From: Camelus dromedarius
Taxonomy: Eukaryota
Assembly (NCBI RefSeq): GCF_036321535.1
Contig: NC_087462.1
Span: 186,001-250,000 of the forward strand
DNA length: 64,000 bases
Direction: 5' to 3'
Below the pieces are notes generated by a model. The model worked only from the letters and a program-made list of their open reading frames with translations. It was not told the origin of the DNA and ran no database searches. The translations under genes and the position numbers were made by a program. Of the stretch, positions 54,827-64,000 are shown piece by piece. Within the stretch, counting starts at the first letter, position 1. Each line of letters opens with the position of its first letter.

Positions 54827-55529
54827 AGTTTTTATGGACCTTTGACATCCTCCAGTGAGACCCTGATTTGGGGGCCGGCCGGGGCCTGGGTGGCTCCAAC
54901 TGGATGGAGATCAGTGGAGGCCCGGCTGTGGTTCGCAGGGCTGGAGCCACCCTGGGGAAGGAAGCTTATCTCTCCTCCCAGCTGTTCCTTCCCGGGGCCC
55001 CACCCTACCCACAGGGGAGCGGGAGCCTGCGCAGCTTAAAGTGACAGAGGGAGCCAGCAGCGGGAGATGCTGGGGGGCTCAGGGCACCCCAGGTAGGGTC
55101 AAAGGGCACAACCAGGTGGCGTGGCTGGGCTGGGCGGGCTGCTCTGGTCTCTGCCGGTTTCAGCAGGATGGCCATGGAGGGGGAAGGGGCTGTGCACTGA
55201 AGGAGTCTCCGGAACAGAGCCCCACAGACCTGGCCGCTCGGAACAGCTGGATCCTGTCCCAGAGTGATGGCCGCAGAAGCAGCAGGGCCGCTGAATGCCC
55301 CACAGGCCGACTGGCCCTGGGACCTAAGAAAGGCATGCCCGCAAAGGCTGAGGTCGAAGCGGCGGGAGATGTACCGGAGGGTGCAGAACCAAGATTAATT
55401 TACAGAGACACTGGGGTGAGGCCTCAGCTGCCAGCCGTTCTGTCAGATCTTAGGGGAGAAGGTGGGTGCCCCTTCTCACTCCCAAGCAGTTCTGGGAGAA
55501 AACTGTGAGCGGGAGAGACAAGGGGAGAC

Positions 55530-55570
55530 ACAGAGACAGAGACAGAGACAGAGAGACAGAGACAGGGAGG
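55530..55570. repeat. (GAGACA)n simple repeat
   Basis: Direct reading. Confidence 0.8.
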
Positions 55571-56164
55571 CAGAGAGGGCGCCCACGTGGCCCACGTGCC
55601 CAGCTGGGCATCCAGGCGAAGGGGGTTACTGTCCGCACGACTTCCCTGTAGAGCCGAGGGCTTCTCAAAACAAAAGGTAGAGGAAGAAAGACCCCTCCTG
55701 TCCTTCCGCTCAGACAAGACGTCAGCAAACCGGGTGAGGGACCCTTAGCCTCCAGGAAATTGCAGGAGCTCACCACCCAAGATGTCCAGGGAGGGTTTCC
55801 ATCTGACAACCCCCCGGGTGCTGGTGACACTGCATGTAACAGTATAGCTGGGGTGCAGGGGCAGAATCTTCCAGATTCTGCACAGTCAGCACAGCGAACC
55901 CACCCCGGACGGGGGAGAGGCTGGGCCATCCTCGTGGGACTCGGGATGGCGGGGGTGCCGGGGTGACCCTCTGCCACTTTCTGGGGAGAACACCAGTGGA
56001 TTGAGGAGACGCCCGAGGAGGTGAGAGCACGGCTAGGCTGTGAACCCCGCCCTGGGCGTCTCTGCCTGTGAAGCCGGTGCCAGGTGGGCGGGTGGCTCCG
56101 GGTCCTCCCCACCCCACCTGCCTAAGCACCTCCAGCTCAAAGAACCGGCCGCCGTGTCCGCTTG

Positions 56165-56550
56165 TCCCACTCCAGGGCGGCTGCAGCAAAGCACCGGAAA
56201 CTGGGCTCCTTACACAAAAGAACCATGTCCTTAAGGTGCTGGAGGCTACACATTAGAGACCAGAGTGTGGGCAGGGCCTTGCTCCTTCCGGAGGCTCCAG
56301 GGGAGGGTCCCCCTGCCTCTTCCAGCTTCTGGGGGCTCCAGGCATCCCTGGGCTTGTGGCTGCCTCCCTCCCACCTCTGCCTCCGTCTTCACGTGGTTTC
56401 TCCTCTGTATTTGTCTCTCCACTTCTGTCTCTTCTAAGAACTCTGTCATTGGATTCGTCTTCATGGACTACGACCACATCTCAAGGTCTGTAAAGCAGTT
56501 GCATCTGCAGAGACCTCTTCTCCACGTAAGGTCCCATTCACAGGTCTGAT
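56165..56550. mobile_element. MLT1 (MaLR) LTR
   Basis: gcggctgcagcaaagcaccggaaactgg...ggaggctccagggagggtccc...cacgtaaggtcccattcacagg. Confidence 0.75.
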
Positions 56551-57499
56551 AGCAGCCGGAGAACCCACTGCACCATTCCGTCCCCGCCCAGGTCCACGCT
56601 CCTTGCGCCCCAGACCCACAACACACGTCAGACAATGAGGACCCTCCCTCCCTCCCTCGCTCAGATCCCTGCCAGGGCTCCCTAGTGCCCTGAGGGCAAA
56701 ATCTACACTCTCACTGCCAGTCACCACCAGGGGAGCAGCTGGATTTCAAAACTCCCTCTCAGAAAAATGCACATAAAAAACTAAGCTGGAACATTTTAGC
56801 GATGGACAGATGGGTGGGACAGAGCATGAAAACTCCATGCCCTCTCCTCTCCCCTTGCCTGTGAACTTGCAAGGTTTTAGAAGAAAAAGTAGAGAGCAAA
56901 CAAATCAAAACAGACACCCTGCGACGGGACAGCGGCTGGTGTCCTGAGCGCGAGGCCCCGAGACAGGACGGCTGGGGACTGTGTGGCATGGGGAAAGCAC
57001 GCCAGGTGCAGCGACAGCCCAGGCAAGGGCTGGGGGCAGGGAACAAGGCCAGCGAGGCTGGAGCCAAACCCCGGGGTAGAGGGAGGGCCCGAGGCCCCAG
57101 GGGTCAGCGGGTCCAGGCCTGGGGCTGCAGGAAGAATTCGGCTTTTGCTTTGAGAGCTGCTCCTTCCCTTTCTTGTGGGGCTGCCAAGCTGGAACCATGC
57201 CTTCCCTGCCCATCAGTGTGAGGAACTCAGGGCCCCTCCCGGGAGCCTGCAGGCCTCCTCCAGTGGGGCAGGGAGGGGCGGGAAGACCCCGTGAAGCTCT
57301 TGACTCACCCACAGCCCCCAGCTGAGGGCAGATGGGAAGCAGCACCCAGCCCAGGCCCTGCTGTCTGTCTCTGCCCGCAGGCCCTGCAGACAGTGAGCCA
57401 GCAGGGAGCCTGGGATGCCCGTGAGCTCATGCAGAGTGAGTCGTTGCGGTAAGTGGAGCCGCCGAGGGTGACTGGCCCCGCTGCTCTCCGCAGCCAGGG

Positions 57500-57705
57500 T
57501 CAGAGGTGCCAGGCAGAGTACAGGACTGCAGGCCGGCCAGTGAGATCTGAACTTCTGAGGTACAACAGGCGATTTCAGCAGACGTATATGCCAGATACCA
57601 CGTGGGACACGCTTACACTAAATCATGACTGATTTTTTAACAACGTGAAATCCGCGTGTAACTGGGTGTCCTGTGTTGTGGTCGGCTATGTCCGGCCACC
57701 CTGGA
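57500..57705. mobile_element. MER53-like MITE (approx.); a second copy lies at ~59790-59980
   Basis: ccagtgagatctgaacttc...aactgggtgtcctgtg; ccagttacattcgacttccattcagataaatggtgaata...aaatctggcagcct. Confidence 0.55.
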
Positions 57706-59148
57706 GGGGGTGATCCTGGAAGGCCTCTTCTTGACAGACGGGCACAGGACTCTCCTGCCCCGGAGTGGGGCCATGGAGTGAGCCGGGGCAGCGAAGGCTT
57801 TCCAGGGAGGGCACTGGACTACTGGTCTTCAAGGAGGCACAGCGTTGTTTAGTAAACACAGACAAAGGCTTCTTGCAGCCCTAATATTTCCCACGAGATC
57901 AGTCCCCAGCCCAGCTCTGGGAGGGCAGGGGGCGTGGAGTTCCGCCCAGGCCGGGAGGTGCTCTAAAGCCAGCTGGCCGGCTGCCTCCCTCATTCCGCAC
58001 GTAGCCCTCCACCCCGCTGGGTGCAGCCTAGCAGAGCCTCGCCGCCCCAGGCTGGGGCTACGAAGTAGGCTGGGAGACTCCTAGGCCCTGCGAGCAGGTC
58101 TCCGAGGGTGGAGCCCTCCCAAAGTTCACAGCCTCCTTGTCAGTGAGTCCTGGCCCGTCTGCCACGTCTTTCCAGCCTTTGCCCACAGCGTCCCCGCAGC
58201 TGACAGGCTGCTCTCAGACTTACAGTTCACACCTTCCCTGGCTGCTACTCCCTCCTCATTCATGCGTCACCTCCAATGGCATCACATCCAAGAGGCCACC
58301 TGACCCTTGATCTACAGCAGTGCCCCCTGACCCTCATCACCTCATTTTTTAAATTGAGATGATTCACTTACCGGACAACCTCCCACGGAAAGCATAAATT
58401 CAGTGGGTGTTGGGACATTCACAGAGTTGAGCATTCATCACTACGATCAGTTTCAGAATGTCCTCATCACCCTGAAAAGAAGTCCGGCCCCACCAGCAGT
58501 CACCCCCACCACCTCCTCCGGCCCCTGATGACCAGGAGCCCCCTCTCTGTGTCTGTGGACTGGTCTGTTCTGGATGTTTCACATCCACGGAGTCACACGC
58601 TGTGTGTCCTTCTGTGTCTGCTTCTCTCACTGAGCACCATGCTCTCAGGGTCCGTCCACGTGGTGGCAGGTGGCAGGGCTTCTCTCCTTTCCAAGGCTGA
58701 GTAATACTTTGGTGTGTGGACAGACACATTTTCTTTATTCTTTCAGTCATTGATGAGCATTTGGGCTGTGTCCACTTTTGGGTGTGGTGACTTGTGCTGC
58801 TGTGGACATTCCGGTGTAAGTGTCTGCGTGGATGTGAGTTCTCAGTTTTCAGACCTAGGACTGGCACTGATGAGTCAGGTAGTTGCGCAGTTTCACCTTC
58901 GCAGGAGTGGCTGCACCATTTCCCATCCTCAACAGCCCTGCACCAGGGTTTCACTTTCTCCAACTTGTGATTTTCTGCCCTTCTGATGACAGCCACCGTG
59001 GTGGGTGTGAAGTGGTGTCTTACCATGGTTTCCGCTTGCACTCCCCTCAGTGCTTATTGTTAACTTGAATGTCTTCTGGAGGCAGGTGTATTCAGATCCT
59101 TTGTCCATTTTTCAGTTGGGTTCTTTGTCCTCTTTAAAAATTGTGCTG

Positions 59149-59340
59149 AACACTGGAATCTGACACAACATTGTAAAATGATTATAAATCAATAAAAAAT
59201 GTTAAAAAAATTGGGTTGTCAGAATATGAAAACGAATATATGTAAATTCAGGTATGACTGAAGCATTGTGCTATACACCAGAAATGGACACAACATTGTA
59301 AATTGACTATACTTCAAGTTAAAAAAAAGTTAAAAAAAAA
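59149..59340 (+). mobile_element. Two stacked young L1 3' termini, each ending GTTAAAAAAA
   Basis: gacacaacattgtaaa(a/t)tga... appears in both 59149-59210 and 59221-59340. Confidence 0.75.
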
Positions 59341-59352
59341 TTGGGTTGTGAC

Positions 59353-59478
59353 GGGGGAGGGATAGGTTAGCGGTAGAGTGCGTGCTTGGCATGCACAAGG
59401 TCCTGGGTTCAATCCCCAGTACTGCCATTATAAATAATTAAAAACCTAATTACCTCCCCCTACCTGCTGAAAAAGAAA
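59353..59478 (+). mobile_element. tRNA-derived SINE flanked by the TSD AAAATTGGGTTGT
   Basis: gggggagggataggttagcggtagag...ggttcaatccccagtactgcc...cctaattacctcccc. Confidence 0.88.
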
Positions 59479-60149
59479 ATTGGGTTGTTTGTTCCTTATA
59501 TATTCTAGATACAAGTCCCTTGTCAGATATGTGATTTCCCAGTATTTTCTCCTATTCTGTGCGTTGTTTTTTTTTTCACTTTCTTCTTGGTGTCCTTTGA
59601 AGCGCATAAGTTTTTAATTCTGATGAAGTCCCGTTTATGTCTTTGTTGTTTTTGTTGCCTGCGCTTTTGCAGACACATGTGAGAAACCACTGCCTAATCC
59701 AGGGTCAAGAAGATTACGTACCCTGGTTTTGTTTGAAATTCTTTTGACATTTAAAGAAAGTATTTGTGTAAAAACACAGGGACCTCAGGGTGCGTTTTCC
59801 AGCCAAATGCAGGCCGGCCAGTTACATTCGACTTCCATTCAGATAAATGGTGAATACGTTCCTTGCACAACCGTGTCAAACTCCGCACGGGACATTTACA
59901 CCAAGAACTTACTCATTCTCTACCTGAAAGTCTAACCTAACTGCCATCCAGGTATTTTTATTCGCTAAATCTGGCAGCCTCGCCCCAGGGGACACATCCC
60001 ACCTGTTCACAGGGATCCCCAGGGCCTCTCTCGATGCTTTAAAAAAAATTTTTGTACGGTGGTAAAGTACACAGAAATTGAGCATTTTAACCACTTTGAG
60101 CGTTCAGTTCTGATCTCGCTTCCAACTTCGTGGAAGAAGGAAGAGAGGA

Positions 60150-60425
60150 GCGAGGCTCCCCGCCCGGCCTCGCAGGCCCCGCCCCCGTTTTCCCGCAACG
60201 TGGCCACGCCCCTGGGTCGAGGGCGCGGCCCGCCCCAGTGGTCACGTGGCCCCTACCAATCGGCTTCCGTAGCGCGAGCCCGCCCGGGTCCGCGCCTGCG
60301 TTCGTGCTTCCGTGCGCGTGCGCAGGCGGTGGCCGTCGCGCCGTATGTGAGCCCCGCCCCGCGACGCCGCCTGCGTGCGCGCGCCCGCCGCCTGATTCTT
60401 ATATCGCCGCGGGCGGCGATCGCGC
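60150..60425 (+). promoter_or_regulatory. BSG: BSG CpG-island promoter (E-box GTCACGTG ~60241, CCAAT ~60256, NRF1-like TGCGCGTGCGCA, TATA-like TTATAT 60399-60404)
   Basis: Motifs read directly upstream of the BSG ATG. Confidence 0.75.
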
Positions 60426-60471
60426 GGGGACAGCGGGACGGTGGGACGGTGGGACGGTGGGACGGTGGGAC
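60426..60471 (+). repeat. 8-bp tandem repeat (GGGACGGT)x4 plus degenerate flanking units in the BSG 5' UTR
   Basis: ggggacagc-gggacggt-gggacggt-gggacggt-gggacggt-gggac-ATG. Confidence 0.9.
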
Positions 60472-60538
60472 ATGGCGGCCGTGCGGCTCATGGTGCTGGG
60501 GCTCGCGCTGCTGGGCGCCCAGGGCGGCTCCGGGGAAG
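60472..60538 (+). CDS. BSG: Basigin (CD147) first coding exon (signal peptide); gene continues beyond the window
   Basis: MAAVRLMVLGLALLGAQGGSGE(G) resembles human MAAALFVLLGFALLGTHGASGA; phase-1 donor AAG|GTGAGG; expected position after GZMM. Confidence 0.9.
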
Positions 60539-61059
60539 GTGAGGGCCCCGCGGCGTGGCCCGCTGGCGGTGGGGGCGAGGAGCCCTCCAGTGGTCCGGCC
60601 TGGCGAGGGGCGGCCCTCCGTCCGCTCCACAGGAGACCCCGGCCGTGTGGGTAGGGAGGGAGACCCCGGCTGAACGAGGGAGACTGGCCCGGGGGTCCGG
60701 GTGGGAGGCCCCGGGGCGGGAGGGAGACCGCCGGCCTGGAGCCGACCTGGTCGAGGCAGCTTAGGAGGCAACTTCCTGCTCGGTGTGCTGGGGCGGGGGG
60801 CGCAGGGGAACCCTAGGGCGCCTGGGCCCTGGCTGACATCCAGGAGGTGGGCTCTTGTCCCCAAGGGGACTCTGTCACCCAGGCATGTGACGGCTCCTGA
60901 GGCGGGCCGGAGGGATTGTCATTCTTCCCAGGATTTAGGTCCCGTGTCTTGCTCTGGCTATGCACCTGCCCTTGGGGGTCGCCCGAACGCTGAATTCCTT
61001 GTAGGAGGGCAAACGCTTCCTTTCCCTTTTGTCTGGTTTAGGGGTCTAGCAGGAGATGG

Positions 61060-61160
61060 CGGCTAGTCCACCCGCCTCCTTGTATAGGGGTGGAAACTGA
61101 GGCCCCGACCGGGAGCAGAGGTATTCCAAGGTCACCGTGAGCTACCCGGTTCAGAGCAGA
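61060..61160 (+). mobile_element. MIR fragment in BSG intron 1
   Basis: ggtggaaactgaggccccg...ccaaggtcacc. Confidence 0.55.
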
Positions 61161-64000
61161 AAGTGCTGCGGGACGGTTTTTACGGACTCTTATTAAACAG
61201 TGTTTTCAGAGCTCTGGACGTGAGCGGCAGCCTGTTGGGTGGGCAGACGTGATTTAGAGAATGGTCACGGCAAAATGGATTAAGGTGTATTTTTCCAGGC
61301 GAAAGCAGGATAGCCTCTTTTGCTTGAGAGTTTTTTTTTTTTTTCTTGTATCGATGTAGACTTCCCCTTTGGTGCTGGGTTAACGATTTATAGTGACCTG
61401 CTTGTAGAGAACAAAGTGCAGATCAGCAGGGTCTCGGGTTCTTCCCAGGGGGGAGGTAGGAGCCAGTGAGCCCTGAGTCCGGGTGGCAGCTGTCCTGAGC
61501 CCTGATCAGGGGGCCGCTGGGGCTTGGGCAGAGCCTGGGAGGGGCCTGCTCTTGTGGAAGCTTCACCGACTTACTCCTGACCCACTTTAAGATCTGGGTC
61601 TGTCTCTTTCCTGTTCCTTATCATCAAAACAGCCATTTATGGACCACCTCTGGGCGTGGCCCGGGGCAGGCATGCTGCCCCGCTAGAAGCCCCAGCCGTC
61701 AGGGAAGGAGGGCCCTCGTCCTCATCAGAGAGCGTGGCCTGTGGGGCTGCTCTGGGGGACTCACCGTGTGGGTGGGCAGTCTTGGATTATTTATATTGTG
61801 TCAGATCCGCCTGGGGCTGTGTCTGTGCTTTGTCTTCTTCACTTTCCACCTTTCTAGGGACTCTTGAAAACATCTGAAAGTCTGGGTCACTCGTCTTTTT
61901 TGCCTGGGATGAGTGAATTACTGGCAGTGTTTGCCTCTCCTGGCCAGGTCAGTTCTCCAGAAACGCTTCCGGGGACTCTGCCTGGAGCGGGGGTCCTCGG
62001 CACCCGTGTCAGCTGCGGCCCCAGGACGACCCTCCTGCTGGGGGACTCCGGCTCTCCAGGATTGTGCAGGGTCCCAGTGTCCTGGCGGGGCTGGTGGGCC
62101 GGGCCACGGGCTTGCTAGCTGGGTCCCTCTGAGCCTCAGGTGAGGGGATTGGGAGCCCCCTCCTGGCAGGGTGCAGGGGTGAAGAGCCCTGTGCTGGCAT
62201 CCTGGAAGGGGGTGTCTCCTCCCTGAGCTGCCTGCGGTGGGTGGGGAGGAGGGCGATCGTCTGCTGCCTCATCCTGGGCGCTCTGGGCTGTTTACCGCCA
62301 GGCCTGCTTGGCCCTGCGCCCCGGCCTGCCGCCGAGTGGGCATGGAGGAGGGCGGCTGTTTTTAGATGAAGGTGACTTTACTGGAGAACGTGGGTTCTGG
62401 TCACGTGGCCAGAACTGAGCTTGCGCTGTTCCGGGGTGGAGGCTTGAAGGCAGCTGCCTGTGCCCAAGGGTCCCTGTGAGTTTGGGGTGCTCCCTGTGGG
62501 GGTTGCTGTGAGTGTACTTTTCACCCTTTTTCCGTCCTCGCCCCCTGAGGAGCATTTTGAGGCATTCTTCCTAGTGGCCTGTCCCAGTGACATTAGTGTC
62601 ATACATGTTATATTACTTGTGACAAGTCTCTGTGGTGGCCCTGGGAGGGCCACAGACCCCAAACTACCAAGGGGCCCTGTTGAGAATGCACGACTGGGAT
62701 GTGGCAGCTCCCAAGGGGCCCCTCGGGGGATGGGCTGGCAGGTGGCCAGGTGGGGCCTGGTTCGGTCTCCTGCTGCCCACGTGGCCCCTGGGCCAGGGCA
62801 GGGGTGTCGGCCTGTGGGTCCTGGACCAGGCTGGGAACTGCACTGGCCTCTGCAGACCCCCTGTTGGGGGGCAGTTGGGGGCCCACCTTGGGCCCCTCTC
62901 TGAGAGCCCAGGCCCCGCCCTGCTCCCACCTGGAGTGGCCCATCTCCCACCACTTCTTTCCCCCCCCAGCAGGCAGGGTGGGGCCTGGATAAGACCTGAC
63001 TGGCCTTTCTTGCTGCCCTGGGTGAGGGGACAAGGGCACAGACTGAGGCTCTAGGGTGGAGACAGGCTGGCCGTGCCTGGGAGAAGGGCTGCCTCTGGCC
63101 TCACTTCCTGCCCTGACTCACCACTCCCAGCTCTGCGTGGAGCTGCCAGTTTTGCAACCTTGGAAAGTCTTGACTGGAGTGTGTGGGTTCCCAGGAGGCC
63201 ATCCTTTGGGGAAAGTGGCACAAAGGTGAGCTTCCAGCTTCTCACCCTCGGGCTATAACTGCCTGGCCTGACTCAGCCTGTGGGCTGCCTGTGTAGGCCT
63301 GGCCTGGGGCCTCGAGGCCAGCAGCGGTGTGGCTCCACAGCCCGGGGCCCTGGTGCGTGAGGGCACTGCTGCAGTGTGTTCCCCGGGGCAGGCTGAGCAG
63401 CAGAGGGGCCTCCTGGCTTTCCTGCCTGACTCACCACCCTCTGGTTTGTGCTGCTTTCTCAGTCTCCTGGAGTTCTGAGATGCCGTGTCTTTTAAAGAAA
63501 GAGCCAGCAGATGGCCAGAGGTGGGGCAGTGAGGACTGGCCCCACCTGGACTTACTCCTGTCCCTTCAAGGTGGGACAGGGTGGGGCCTGACCTCAGACA
63601 CCTAAGAAGATGGTGAACTCTGCCCTTGGTCATTCCAGAAAGCAGACCAGCTGTGGCATCTGCCCATTCTAATTTACTTAGCGGTAAGAGTCCGCATGTG
63701 GATGCGGGTGTGGTCTGTGTGGAGGTCCCCCTCTCCTGCGGTTGGGACTTCTTCCCTCTGGGCTGAGGTACTGGGCATGGCACGGAGGTTTGCTGGTGTC
63801 GAGTGTCAGGTGGCCAAGATGACCATCAGACTGGCCTCACGACCTCTGATCGGGTGTTTTGTCTGTGGTGGCCCAGCTCTGCCATCACAGTCACCGTGTG
63901 ATCCCAGCACGGAAGCAGGTCTGGGGGTGTCAGAGCCCACTGCCCGCCTCTCGTTTGCGTTCCTGTCGCTTCTGCTCTGGCGCTGCCTCCATACTTGGCT

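Larger units (their letters stand above)
58345..59700 (-). mobile_element. Old L1M fragment, interrupted at 59137-59488 by nested younger insertions
   Basis: 3'-end-type sequence 58345-59130 resumes after 59488 (ttgggttgtttgttccttatatattctagatacaagtcc). Confidence 0.75.

Noticed and set aside
60539-64000. BSG retina-specific Ig0 exon or later exons
   Set aside because: No frame resembles AGFVQAPLSQ or the later Ig domains; these exons lie beyond the window.
1-64000. Foreign (bacterial, phage, viral, synthetic) insert or intact retroviral/L1 ORF
   Set aside because: No compositional break or long non-host ORF was seen by eye; gene order matches the expected mammalian synteny, and all transposon pieces are short and degenerate.

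Overview
GC-rich mammalian genomic DNA syntenic with human 19p13.3. It is probably camelid (alpaca/llama/camel), inferred from many tRNA-Ala(AGC)-derived SINEs ending in a TAATTACCTCCCC/A-rich tail. I rebuilt five complete multi-exon genes by hand from GT-AG sites and frame continuity: CIMAP1D/ODF3L2 (-, 278 aa), MADCAM1 (+, 426 aa, keeps the rodent-type third Ig domain), TPGS1 (+, 290 aa), CDC34 (+, 237 aa) and GZMM (+, 255 aa). The first coding exon of BSG is also present. The CpG-rich left end is probably the upstream region of SHC2 (synteny only). The rest is typical mammalian interspersed repeats (SINE, L1, L2, MIR, MLT1, MER20/21/33/53/58) and simple repeats; family names and boundaries were assigned by eye. 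I found no CRISPR array, prokaryotic segment or viral gene. The best leads are all sequence-level predictions needing RNA evidence: (1) a distal 3' splice site that would give a soluble MAdCAM-1; (2) a CDC34 intron-4 microexon that would remove the acidic tail; (3) an orphan CpG island with divergent first-exon candidates between ODF3L2 and MADCAM1; (4) an 8-bp G-quadruplex-forming repeat abutting the BSG start codon; (5) signs of strong AT-to-GC biased evolution in the CDC34 tail and L1 relics; (6) three serial retrotransposon insertions at one target site. Comparisons with human/mouse orthologues and repeat consensus sequences are from memory, not from a database search.
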